IMG/VR virus record: IMGVR_UViG_3300043464_001377
DNA from: an uncultured virus (IMG/VR IMGVR_UViG_3300043464_001377)
Lineage: Duplodnaviria > Heunggongvirae > Uroviricota > Caudoviricetes
Direction: 5' to 3' (one strand)
Length of the DNA stretch: 64,000 nucleotides
Below, one piece after another: positions 36,093-45,310 of the stretch. The first letter of the stretch is position 1, and each line of letters begins with the position of its first letter. A program made the translations under genes and the position numbers. Below the pieces are notes generated by a model that had not been told where the DNA came from, did not search any database, and was given only the letters and a program-made list of their open reading frames with translations.

Positions 36093-39000
36093 GTGGTACT
36101 CCTTCCATGCTCGCCGTGCTGTCAGTGCCACGTCTGCAAGCACTCTCCACATGACTGCCTTGAGTTGACTCTGTCTGGTTTCGGCGGCGCCCCAGGGGTC
36201 GAGTCATGCCAAACGTGCAACCACCTGGACGGCACATACATCCTCCGGCGATTTGACGCACCGGCGACCATATCGCCGTTTATTCGCCCTGCTGGCTATC
36301 CGAACCAAGGCACAAAAGGCAGCGGGGCGCAGGTCACGGCGGAACTGTCGATGGACCCCGCAACCGAGGAGTACACAATTTCCTCGGTCACACTGACGGC
36401 GCCGGGGAGCGGATACACAAATGGAGCGTACTTCGCTTACTCGATGGGAAGTGTTGCGGCAAGCCCGTGCAGCGGCGAGCCAGTCGTGAATGTGGTCGTG
36501 GGCCATGCGATGCCCACTCTCGCAGCCACAGTGTCGTCTGCGACTGGGCAAGGAGCCGCTCTTTCTGTTTCCGTTTCGGGGCCCTTTGGCCCGGAAAACG
36601 AAGAAACATATGGAGTAAGCGGCGTAACAATTCAGAGCGCTGGCGGTCGCTATCGAGACGACGACTTGATCGTTTTCACCAAGAAATCGGACACGATTGA
36701 GCAGAAAGTAGCAACGGCTAAAATTACCGTCGAAAAACGGACGCCCCAGGTTTTCGCATTCGCAAACGAAGATTTCTTCTATCGGCTTCCCGTATCCCTT
36801 ACGGATGAGTCTCCTGGGCACACATGGGGCGTCAAAAGTGCGACCCCAGGCCAGTCTGATCCCTATTACGGCGATCGCACGCATGAAGGCAAGGTTCTTT
36901 TCACTACATGGATTGACACTGTAGAACTATCTGCGGCTTCTGCGACATTCTCGGCAACTTCCAAGGTTGAGTCTGTAAGTCTTGCAAGCGGCGGATCGAA
37001 GTTCACGTCTGTGCCGGTCGTCTCGTTCAACGGCGGCGGCGGCAGCGGTGCGGCGGCGACCGCTGCTATTCGGGGCGGCGTTGATGGCGTCGCGATTGCG
37101 AACGGAGGCTCCGGCTACACTTCAAATCCGACCGTCGTCTTCTCTGGCGGCGGCGGATCGGGGGCAATGGCTGCTGCGTACATCGAGGATGGGGCCGTGA
37201 CGAGCATATCGCTCACAAGCCCCGGCTTCGGCTACGAGTCCGCACCCAGCGTGACGATCACAGGCGGCGGCGGCACCGGCGCAACAGCGTCGGCGTGGAT
37301 TGACGCGAGCGTCATCTCTCTGCAACTTACATCGCAGGGGCAAGGCTATGTCAGCGAACCCGAAGTTGTCTTCTCCGGAGGCGGCGGGAGCGGCGCAATT
37401 GCATCGGCATCGCTCGGAAGCATTATCGTCGATGTCAATGTCACGAATGGCGGCGAATACTACGGAGGCGGCGGCATTCAGTCCGTCGAGATTACTGCCC
37501 CCGGCGAGTATTATGTACCCGACGGCGTTCAGTCTGTGGACTTGGCGTACGGTGGCTCGTTTTATCCAACGCCGTTTTGCGAATATACGTGGCGGGGTTG
37601 CGAGCCGTGCGTGCCGCTGGGCTACCCGCACATTCGCGGACCTATGCGAATCACGTTCAACGCCGGTGGCGAATCGCACTCACTCAGCGTAGTCAGCGGC
37701 CTCAACTTGCCCATTGTTGACGCTGTTCAGTCGTCCGAGGGAGGCAACTGGGAGACGCTGACGTTTGCAAGCGAGTCTTTCTACCCAGGAGTTGCGTCGA
37801 TTTCCTTGCAAGCCGGTGGCTCTGGGTACACTTCGCCTCCGAGTGTTATAATCACTGGCGACGGCATCAACGCGGAAGCAACAGCAACGGTTCGCGGCTA
37901 TGTTGATTCAGTTTCAATCACCAATCAAGGCTCTGGGTACAGCAGCAGCCAGCCGCCAGCGGTCGTCTTCTCTGGCGGCGGCGGGAGCGGCGCCACGGCG
38001 ACCGTCGCAATCAGCAACGGCCGGATTACCGCTATCACCATCGGCTCGGGAGGCAGCGGCTACTCGTCAGCGCCCGCTGTGACTATCAGCGGCGGCGTCG
38101 GTTCGGGCGCGACAGCCGTCGCCACCGCGCGGCAGTCCGTCGAGTCAGTGACGGTAACGAAAAGAGGCTCTGGCTACACGGTTCCGCCTCTCGTCTCACT
38201 CGACGGCGGTGGCGGCGCTGGGGCAATTGCGACTGCCACGCTTGATCGTCAGCCTGTCGGGTGCAAGACGAGCGGCACGGCAGCCCTTAGCCCTGTGGCG
38301 TGCAGCGAGCCGTCTCGGGCAGACATCTGCGAAATGCCAGACCAGATTTCTCTGTCTCTGTCTGGCATGGGCGAGATGACGGTCCATCGCAACAACGCTG
38401 GCCTGGCCTTTCCCTGGACTATCAGCGGCCCTCTGTACGACGAGTGCGGACTGTCGCGAGACGCCACAGCGGTGATACTCTACGCTGGGGCCACGATTCC
38501 TCCTATTCTGCATCGCATTTCCGGGGTCATTCAGGACGCAGAGAACGTCATTCTCGATCTTGAGTACGCTGGCTGCGACGGCTACGTTTACCGAGGACTC
38601 CTGCCCAGCCCGATGCGCGCGACATTCGCGAGTTATGCGACATGGATTGAGCATGACTGCGGAGGCTCGCTAGGCCAGGACGCAGAAGTTCGACTCACGC
38701 CTATCGGAGTCTCCACGGCCATACAAATATCCCCCCCAACAAAGTCTTACGGTAGCACGGCTACAGCAGAGGTGTCCGCTATCGGAGAGAACGGCAGTGT
38801 CGATTCGGTTGTAATGCTGACGCAAGGCTTTGGATATGCCGTCGAGATTGTTGAGCGAGTCGAGCCGGAGGTGGTCGTTGGGATCGCTACAGAGTCAGGA
38901 GCCGGAGCCGCGTTGAGCGTCACTCTTCAGGGATACGGCGCAGGCGATGAGGCCTACTGGTCCGTGTCTTCGGTGGCAGTTGCCAGCGGCGGCACAGGGT

Positions 39001-40229
39001 ACTCGCCAGCGGAGATGGTCGCGTTCTCGACTGCCGACACCGAGGAATACCAAGCCCAAGGGTACATCGTCGTGTCTACTACAGAGCCAACGCTCTCTGC
39101 GGCAGCAGGCGGCGGCGAGGGGGCAGAGTTTAGCGTGTCGCTCGCGGAGTTCGCTGACAACTTCGGTTCAGCGCTCTGGGCCGTTGATTCTGTATCTGTC
39201 ACGAGCGGCGGCTCAGGGTACGCAGATGGATCACAGGTTGTGTTTACGGTTGTTGACGGTGAGATGCAATTTGGGGCTTCGGCAACTATTGCGACTGGCC
39301 GCGAGGAGCCAGAAGTGGCTGCTGTCGCTTCTTCTTACTACGGCGGGCAAGGGGCGGTGCTTGCAGCAACTTTGTCCCAAAGCGGCGACACATGGCATGT
39401 GTCTGGAGTCACGGTCAGCAGCGGCGGCGCGGGCTACGGCTACGGCGACTATGTGTATTTTGAAACAGATGACACTGCACTGTCGCCGGGCTACGGGTAT
39501 GCTGCCGTGGACGAGAACGGGGCGATCACGAGCGTGAGCCTTTATGATGGCGGTCAGTACTACCGTGCAAGTGACGTTATCGAGTCAGTGACTGTGACTT
39601 ACGGCGGGGCGTACTACAAGAGAGGCCCAGTCGAGTCTGTCGTTCTCTACGACGGCGGCGCATATTGGAGGGCGCAAGGCACTGGCGAGGCGGATGCTGA
39701 CGAACCAACGGTCGCTTTTGCCAGCGAGAGTGGCATCAACGCAACCGCCACGGCGACAGTTGATTCGGAAATAGGGTCGCCGACGTTCGGGCAAATTACT
39801 GGACTGGCGATCACCAACGGCGGAAGCGGCTACGCACTCAATTCGTCTGGGTGGCGAATCACTGTCTCGCTTTCTGCGTTCGACGGCAGCGTTTATACAG
39901 CAGGCTTTTCGCACCTCGATGGAGCGGCAGCGCCGCAGTCTCCGGTTCAGCAGCAAGGAGACCTGGGAGAGTACGAGTGCGCTAATTTTGCCGCCAGATA
40001 CAAGCCAATGGCAAATCGAGTGGTTGTCGGCATTTGTCCGAACGATCTACTGAACCGCGAGTTTGAGATGGCAATTCCGGTGAACCACGATAACTGGCCT
40101 ACGTGGAACAACGGAGTTGTCGGGGAGGCTGTCTTTTGCAACGCCGATACCGGCTATTATCTTTCGACGACTGAAATCTTCTACGAACTCGGCAATGGCC
40201 CATTCACAATCTCGTTGGCGCCAGCATGA
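36093..40229 (+). CDS. Large Gly/Ser-rich repetitive virion (tail fibre/adhesin-like) protein with Cys-rich N-terminus
   Basis: Many GGSGYxxxPxVxFSGGGGSGAxA repeats; N-terminal PCSPCCQCHVC. Confidence 0.7.
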   Translation: MVLLPCSPCCQCHVCKHSPHDCLELTLSGFGGAPGVESCQTCNHLDGTYILRRFDAPATISPFIRPAGYPNQGTKGSGAQVTAELSMDPATEEYTISSVTLTAPGSGYTNGAYFAYSMGSVAASPCSGEPVVNVVVGHAMPTLAATVSSATGQGAALSVSVSGPFGPENEETYGVSGVTIQSAGGRYRDDDLIVFTKKSDTIEQKVATAKITVEKRTPQVFAFANEDFFYRLPVSLTDESPGHTWGVKSATPGQSDPYYGDRTHEGKVLFTTWIDTVELSAASATFSATSKVESVSLASGGSKFTSVPVVSFNGGGGSGAAATAAIRGGVDGVAIANGGSGYTSNPTVVFSGGGGSGAMAAAYIEDGAVTSISLTSPGFGYESAPSVTITGGGGTGATASAWIDASVISLQLTSQGQGYVSEPEVVFSGGGGSGAIASASLGSIIVDVNVTNGGEYYGGGGIQSVEITAPGEYYVPDGVQSVDLAYGGSFYPTPFCEYTWRGCEPCVPLGYPHIRGPMRITFNAGGESHSLSVVSGLNLPIVDAVQSSEGGNWETLTFASESFYPGVASISLQAGGSGYTSPPSVIITGDGINAEATATVRGYVDSVSITNQGSGYSSSQPPAVVFSGGGGSGATATVAISNGRITAITIGSGGSGYSSAPAVTISGGVGSGATAVATARQSVESVTVTKRGSGYTVPPLVSLDGGGGAGAIATATLDRQPVGCKTSGTAALSPVACSEPSRADICEMPDQISLSLSGMGEMTVHRNNAGLAFPWTISGPLYDECGLSRDATAVILYAGATIPPILHRISGVIQDAENVILDLEYAGCDGYVYRGLLPSPMRATFASYATWIEHDCGGSLGQDAEVRLTPIGVSTAIQISPPTKSYGSTATAEVSAIGENGSVDSVVMLTQGFGYAVEIVERVEPEVVVGIATESGAGAALSVTLQGYGAGDEAYWSVSSVAVASGGTGYSPAEMVAFSTADTEEYQAQGYIVVSTTEPTLSAAAGGGEGAEFSVSLAEFADNFGSALWAVDSVSVTSGGSGYADGSQVVFTVVDGEMQFGASATIATGREEPEVAAVASSYYGGQGAVLAATLSQSGDTWHVSGVTVSSGGAGYGYGDYVYFETDDTALSPGYGYAAVDENGAITSVSLYDGGQYYRASDVIESVTVTYGGAYYKRGPVESVVLYDGGAYWRAQGTGEADADEPTVAFASESGINATATATVDSEIGSPTFGQITGLAITNGGSGYALNSSGWRITVSLSAFDGSVYTAGFSHLDGAAAPQSPVQQQGDLGEYECANFAARYKPMANRVVVGICPNDLLNREFEMAIPVNHDNWPTWNNGVVGEAVFCNADTGYYLSTTEIFYELGNGPFTISLAPA

Positions 40230-40510
40230 GAGTGTCGTGCTTGTTTTTGAAATCCACAGACGGCTGGCAGTGCTCCCGCTGCGGCAGGCTCGTGCGTCTT
40301 CAGTCTGAGAAGCCGCCAACGGCTGCGTGCAAGGCGTCGCCTGGTCTCGGCGACTATGTCGCCGTGGGTCTGGAGTCTGTCGGCGTCACAAAAGACCGCG
40401 TGTCGGCAGTTATCGGCATGCCTTGCAACTGCCCGGAGAGGCAAGCCAAGTTGAACTCACTGGGCAAGAAATACCTCGGTATCGGGGCGGGCGACGATGC
40501 CTCATCATGA
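40226..40510 (+). CDS. Small Cys-rich protein
   Basis: CSRCG...GLGDYVA..L..VG...PCNCPERQAKLN. Confidence 0.65.
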   Translation: MRVSCLFLKSTDGWQCSRCGRLVRLQSEKPPTAACKASPGLGDYVAVGLESVGVTKDRVSAVIGMPCNCPERQAKLNSLGKKYLGIGAGDDASS

Positions 40511-40802
40511 AGACCACCGCTTCCGAATTGGCGTCGACGGCAGCCGCTGGCTCTGGCGATATTCGCCCCTCAAGGGCGACGCCGACGGCTGGACGGAGTA
40601 CGACAAGCGCAAGGTCTTGATCCACTCGGGCCTCAAGCACCGTTCGAGACTTGAGTGCGAACTCCACGAAGGACTTCATGCAAGTCTCGGGCCCGCTGTC
40701 TCGGAGGCCGCCGTCACTCAGGCCGCGAGCGACCTCGCCATGATCCTCTACTCGCTGGGGTACAGGCTCGACCCTGAAAAATCTGCTTGTAGCCGCAAGT
40801 AG
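40497..40802 (+). CDS. Small zincin-like protein
   Basis: LHEGLHA (HExxH). Confidence 0.55.
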   Translation: MPHHEDHRFRIGVDGSRWLWRYSPLKGDADGWTEYDKRKVLIHSGLKHRSRLECELHEGLHASLGPAVSEAAVTQAASDLAMILYSLGYRLDPEKSACSRK

Positions 40803-40843
40803 TCTGGATACGCTTACTGGCCCCAGGACACAGGAGGCCACGC

Positions 40844-41464
40844 ATGGCGACGGTCACGGCAATCGACGGCGGCTACATCGAGAACATCGACGACTCCAAC
40901 AGGATCATTCGCGAGATCGTCGAGGCACGCAACGCCTCAAAGTTGCAGCACGAGGCGATTCTCGCCGACGACGATGACGGCGAACTCGAAGCCGACGTGA
41001 AGAGCGCCGCCACGATGGACGGCGCGGCGCCGCTCCCTGGCGTATTCGACGAGAACCCGAAAGACCTCGTGGGCACCGGCAAACTGCCGCTGCATCTCTG
41101 GCCGACGACGGCCACGGCCATGGGCTCAATCGCCTTGCTGAACGGCGCCCTCAAGTACGGCCGCTCCAACTGGCGAGTCGTCGGCGTACGGGCGTCGATC
41201 TACGTGGACGCCTGCCAGCGGCATCTCGCCGCGTGGTTTGAGGGGCGCGAGTGCGACGAGGAGGGCGTTCCGCACCTGTCGTCCGCCCTGGCGTGCCTCG
41301 CGATCCTCGTCGACGCCGAGGCGGCTGGCAAACTCAAAGACGACCGCCAGATCAGCGGCGGCTATGCGGAGGTCGTCAAGCGGCTCACGCCGCACGTCGA
41401 GCGGCTGCGGGCCCTGCATTCAGACAAGTCTCCGAAGCACTACACGATCGGAGACAACGCATGA
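40844..41464 (+). CDS. dATP/dGTP diphosphohydrolase-domain (DUF5664-like) protein
   Basis: NPKDLVGTGKLPLHL...GALKYGRSNWR...RHLAAWFEG...PHL..A.ACLAILVDA. Confidence 0.82.
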   Translation: MATVTAIDGGYIENIDDSNRIIREIVEARNASKLQHEAILADDDDGELEADVKSAATMDGAAPLPGVFDENPKDLVGTGKLPLHLWPTTATAMGSIALLNGALKYGRSNWRVVGVRASIYVDACQRHLAAWFEGRECDEEGVPHLSSALACLAILVDAEAAGKLKDDRQISGGYAEVVKRLTPHVERLRALHSDKSPKHYTIGDNA

Positions 41465-41829
41465 AAGTCTACCTCGCTGGCCCAATGACAGGCCTGCCGC
41501 TGTTCAACTTCCCTGCATTCGACGAGGCTGAATCGAGGCTGCGGGGCCTGGGGCACGACGTTATCAATCCGGCTCAACTCGATCGCGACGTCGGATTCAA
41601 CCCGGCGACGACGGTCGTCTCAGAGACCTTTCTCAGAGACGCTCTGCGTCGCGATCTATCGGCTCTTTGCGACGCCGACGCGATCGCGATGCTGCCTGGC
41701 TGGGAGCAGTCTGGCGGGGCCCGAGTCGAGTGGACCCTGGCGACCCACCTTGGCCTGAAAGTCGTGTATTTATCGCCATTTGGCGATATCTGCGGAAATC
41801 CGTTGGCGTCTCCTGTAGCCATGCCGTAG
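41461..41829 (+). CDS. DUF4406 / nucleoside deoxyribosyltransferase-like protein
   Basis: VYLAGPMTGLPLFNFPAF...INPA...LPGWEQSGGARVE. Confidence 0.88.
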   Translation: MKVYLAGPMTGLPLFNFPAFDEAESRLRGLGHDVINPAQLDRDVGFNPATTVVSETFLRDALRRDLSALCDADAIAMLPGWEQSGGARVEWTLATHLGLKVVYLSPFGDICGNPLASPVAMP

Positions 41830-41855
41830 GTTGCGGCTGACCCAAGGAGGAGTCC

Positions 41856-42050
41856 ATGTCTGAATGGTTTTCCTGCGGGGATAAATTACCGCAACTCGGC
41901 GACGACGTGCTTGTTTGGAACGGCAGCACTGTGACGATCGCAAGGCTGATGGGGGACGAATGCGGCCAGTACTGGGAGTCAGACGACGACGTCGCCGAAC
42001 TGATTCCGCCGACGCACTGGCACGCCATCCCCGAGCCGCCGCTTGGCTAG
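41856..42050 (+). CDS. DUF551-like small protein
   Basis: MSEWFSCGDKLP...PTHWHAIPEPP. Confidence 0.75.
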   Translation: MSEWFSCGDKLPQLGDDVLVWNGSTVTIARLMGDECGQYWESDDDVAELIPPTHWHAIPEPPLG

Positions 42051-42913
42051 TCAAGTCCAGGCAAGACTTCGCACGGCTTCGGGCCCGTGTCGATAAATCG
42101 CGGATCGAGGTACGCCTTGGTGATCCGAGGCGAACTGTGATCAAGCAGGGCTGTAGGATCGCCACCACGAGCAGCGAAGTGAGTCGCGGCCGAGCGTCTC
42201 AGTTGATGAAACTTGCTGCGTCTCCCGCCTTCGAGCCCGGCCGCCTTGACGATCTTGCCGAAGCGATTCCACAGGTACTCGTACCCTCTCGGCCACGCGA
42301 AGAGTTGCGTGCCGTTGCCTGACTTCTTCAGGACGTCGAGCAGATCGCAGACCGGGTCCGTGAACGTGTAGAGTTTGTCCCGCTTGCCTCCCTTTCGGCA
42401 CTCGGCGCGAACGAGGATGATCGGCCTCGTGTAGTCCTCCTTCATCACGGACATGATCGCGCCGATACGCTCTGCGCTCTGCCAGAGAACTTGAATGAGC
42501 GCGGTCCACCAGATGTGCGCGGGCACGTCGCCGACCTTGCCTTTCATTACCTTGGCAGTCGCGAGAAGGGCCTTGAGTTGGTCGATGCTCCAGGCTGTCG
42601 GCACACGCAGGGGGATCGGAGTCGGCGGAACGCATGGCCGCATGTCGATGAGCCGACGGTCAGCCGCGCATCGCCACAGAGCGAGTATCTGCGACCTTTC
42701 TTTTTCGGCCGTGAACACGCTTCGCTCTCTCGCTCGATGCGAGAGGTATCGCGAGACGGCTAGGTCGTTGAGATCGTCCTCGATCGTGGCGGGCCGCCCG
42801 AGGTACTTGGCGAACTGCTTCAGCGTGTTCGCGTAGAGCCTCGCCGTGTTGTCGCTGCGTCCCCGCAACTTGAGGGGGCGGTAGAAATCGTCGAAAAACT
42901 GGCTGAGAGTCAT
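42047..42913 (-). CDS. int: Tyrosine recombinase/integrase
   Basis: ERIG (R), KGGK, FHQLRR (HxxR), LDHS, KAYLDP (Y). Confidence 0.9.
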   Translation of the reverse strand: MTLSQFFDDFYRPLKLRGRSDNTARLYANTLKQFAKYLGRPATIEDDLNDLAVSRYLSHRARERSVFTAEKERSQILALWRCAADRRLIDMRPCVPPTPIPLRVPTAWSIDQLKALLATAKVMKGKVGDVPAHIWWTALIQVLWQSAERIGAIMSVMKEDYTRPIILVRAECRKGGKRDKLYTFTDPVCDLLDVLKKSGNGTQLFAWPRGYEYLWNRFGKIVKAAGLEGGRRSKFHQLRRSAATHFAARGGDPTALLDHSSPRITKAYLDPRFIDTGPKPCEVLPGLD

Positions 42914-43269
42914 CGTCGCATCTCCTGCATATGGGGAGTATGCGAGTCCTTTCGCGGGCGCCTACCCGTCATGGGTAGGGTTACATCTTGCCATGACCAA
43001 CGGTGCGGAGTTTTTATTCCGACTGTGCTTTCTTTGTCACCTTGTTCACTTGCTCGTACAGGTCTCTGGCCGCGTCGACCGCTCGCCACTGCTTCTTCGC
43101 GTCGCACTTCGCAATGAAGTCTTCGATCGCCTCAAGCAGAACGTACTTCTGGTCGACGTGGGAAAGCCTGACGATCATTTCCAATCCTCCGTGCGTGAGC
43201 ATTGCAGCGATTCCGTTGCCGCTGCGGACGATCGAATAATCCCACCCCCGCCATTGCACTGTCAAGGCT

Positions 43270-43292
43270 GGCCCCTTCGGGGGTCAGTTTTT
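43270..43292 (+). terminator. Possible intrinsic terminator
   Basis: GGCCCC-TTCG-GGGGTC stem with cUUCGg loop, followed by agTTTTTT. Confidence 0.45.
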
Positions 43293-43320
43293 TGGGCTGA
43301 ATGTACGGAGAGACAAACCC

Positions 43321-43767
43321 ATGAAGCAGCCTATTTCCGTGTCTCAGGCGGCTGAAATACTTCAAATCTCACCAGTCGCGGTTCTGAAGCGAATCGCCAA
43401 GGGGCGGGTTCTGGCGGTCCCTCTGAGCGGCAAGGGACTGTTGGTCTGCCACGAGTCGGTCCTGGGGCAGGATTGCAACCTTGAGGCGTTCAAGCGGACG
43501 TGCCGGCGGTGGATCAGCGTCCCCGAGGCATGCGACATCGTGTGCGTCACCGACGCCATGATCGGACGCATGCTGGCCGACGGCCGACTAAAGGGATTCC
43601 GGCTGAACGACAAAGCCTGGGCGGTCGACCGCGAGTCGTGCGAAAGAAACATCCGCGAGTATCTCGCCAGCCCGCCGCAGTACGGCAGGCGTAGGCGAGT
43701 CGGAGAGCGGTGCTCACCAAAGAAGAGGCCTGCCGGTCGCTCCCCAAGGCGGCGAAAAAAAACTTGA
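43321..43767 (+). CDS. Tandem HTH (excisionase/MerR-like) DNA-binding protein
   Basis: ISVSQAAEIL and ISVPEACDIV repeats; divergent from integrase. Confidence 0.75.
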   Translation: MKQPISVSQAAEILQISPVAVLKRIAKGRVLAVPLSGKGLLVCHESVLGQDCNLEAFKRTCRRWISVPEACDIVCVTDAMIGRMLADGRLKGFRLNDKAWAVDRESCERNIREYLASPPQYGRRRRVGERCSPKKRPAGRSPRRRKKT

Positions 43768-43797
43768 CCGTCGTTTGCGTGTCCATACACTCCGGGC

Positions 43798-44082
43798 ATG
43801 TCGCTGCTCCAAAGACTCTTCGGCCCACCCCGGCGCGTCTCGCCGCCTTCCGACGGCGGTTGCTGCCAGTTGCCCGACACCAACGTGATGCGGGTCCGCG
43901 CGGCCCTTCTGGCCCGCTCGGAGTCTGGACACCGAAAGTACGGCACGACCACTGACCGCACCGACATCGGCCTCGCCGGATGGCTCCAGCATCTCCAAGA
44001 AGAATTGCTCGATGCCGCCGTGTACGTGGAGAGACTCAAGGAAGAGATTCGTTTGTACGGAGACGCACACCGTGGGCAGTGA
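43798..44082 (+). CDS. MazG-like all-alpha NTP-PPase-related protein
   Basis: RSESGHRKYGTT.DR.D....WLQHLQEELLDAAVY. Confidence 0.6.
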   Translation: MSLLQRLFGPPRRVSPPSDGGCCQLPDTNVMRVRAALLARSESGHRKYGTTTDRTDIGLAGWLQHLQEELLDAAVYVERLKEEIRLYGDAHRGQ

Positions 44083-44709
44083 TTCAGGTTCAGCCGCCGA
44101 GGTCGTCGTCCGGTTCATCGTCGCGATCTTGGCATGGGCTGTTGTTCTCATGGCGGCCTCGCTCGTGTTCACGCTCGCCTGGAACGGATTCGCTCCGTCC
44201 GTGTTCGGCCTGACGCGAGTGACGTCGCTGGAGTCCCTCTGCCTGCTCTCGTGCGTGTGGATTCTCTCTCGTATGGCCGTTCCCCGCTTTGTCATGGAGA
44301 CGCGATCGTGAGACTCATCGTCGAAAAAATGGATGACGAAGTGTTCGTGTATCTGGAGTCGGAGCAGCAGTACTTCGAGAACGAGACCGCCCGTCTCGAC
44401 GAAGGCTCGCGACGGCTGCCGCCAGCCCTTCTCAGGGAGGAATGCGACCTGTCGATCTACGCCAGCGGTGTCCACTGGGTGTTCAACGTCAACGCGGAGG
44501 GAGTCGAAGACGATGAAGACGAAGAATGCTGCGACGAAGCCACGGAAGATTTCGACTGCGACGAGTCGCGCTGCGTGCGTGATTGCCCACGACGGCGAGA
44601 GAGTCGTTGATGCCCTGCTCGACATCTACGACGGCAAGCAGTCGGCCGACTCGCTGCGACGGTACGCCGAATGGCTCGTCAAGGCGGCGAAGTGGCTGGA
44701 GGACGACGC

Positions 44710-45084
44710 ATGAACGACGAACTCTCGGCTGCGATCCTCGACTATGTCGCGTCCCAGTACGGCGGGGCGTGGCCCAGCAACGTCACGGGGTGGATCACAG
44801 GCGTCGCCGTGACTCAGGAATACTCAGGCACGTCGCGACTTGAACTGAGCATGATGCTCGCTGAGTCCGATGCGCCGAAGCGAAAGCCGAAGAAAGACGA
44901 GTCTCCGTGGATCAAGGCCAAGTCTCGGCTTCCTGACGTCGACGAGCCAGTGCTGGTCTGCGTCAAAGACTCGGTCTCCGTCGGCTGCTGCGACGCGAGC
45001 GGCGTGTTCTGCAAGACCGACTCGCTGGCGACGTTCAAGCCGCAGCCCACGCACTGGATGCCGCTGCCAGCGGGCGTGGCCTGA
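44710..45084 (+). CDS. Hypothetical protein with C-terminal DUF551-like domain
   Basis: WIKAKSRLPD...PTHWMPLP. Confidence 0.65.
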   Translation: MNDELSAAILDYVASQYGGAWPSNVTGWITGVAVTQEYSGTSRLELSMMLAESDAPKRKPKKDESPWIKAKSRLPDVDEPVLVCVKDSVSVGCCDASGVFCKTDSLATFKPQPTHWMPLPAGVA

Positions 45085-45093
45085 AAAACTTTC

Positions 45094-45121
45094 TTGCACG
45101 CAGTGTGCGTATCCGTACACT
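45094..45121 (+). promoter_or_regulatory. sigma70-like promoter for the Y-RNA-like/Ro60 operon
   Basis: TTGCAC-N16-TACACT, ending 8 nt before RNA 1; overlaps an inverted GTACGGATAC motif. Confidence 0.55.
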
Positions 45122-45128
45122 GGCTCAC

Positions 45129-45197
45129 GTCGCGTAGTGCAGGCCACGGCTACTTCTTTGCAACAGAAACCGTGCCGTGTCCGTTTGTTCTCGCGGC
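45129..45197 (+). ncRNA. Y-RNA-like (Yrl-like) structured RNA 1
   Basis: 5'/3' ends pair (GTCGCG/CGCGGC); GCGTAGTGCAG...TACTTC...TGTTCTCGC; inner stem CACGGC/GCCGTG; upstream of TROVE gene. Confidence 0.65.
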
Positions 45198-45207
45198 TCT
45201 CTTCTTT

Positions 45208-45280
45208 GCTGGCGTAGTGCAGAGTCCGGATACTTCACACTAAGGCTGTTTGATTCGCCGGGCTCGCTGTTCTCGCCAGC
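45208..45280 (+). ncRNA. Y-RNA-like (Yrl-like) structured RNA 2
   Basis: GCTGGCG/CGCCAGC terminal stem; same GCGTAGTGCAG, TACTTC and TGTTCTCGC blocks; inner stem AGTCCGG/CCGGGCT. Confidence 0.7.
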
Positions 45281-45310
45281 ATTTCTCTTTCTTCAGCCAG
45301 GAGCCCAACC

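Noticed and set aside
34741..42050. Lysis cassette (endolysin/holin)
   Set aside because: No recognisable muralytic or holin motif after the tail genes; not called.
42047..42913. Integron integrase (IntI) for the attC-like array
   Set aside because: At 288 aa it shows no recognisable IntI-specific insertion before HxLR and lies 40 kb from the array; treated as a generic tyrosine recombinase.
45129..45280. tRNA genes
   Set aside because: No T-loop GTTCRA, no cloverleaf and no CCA end; the units are rod-like bulged helices.
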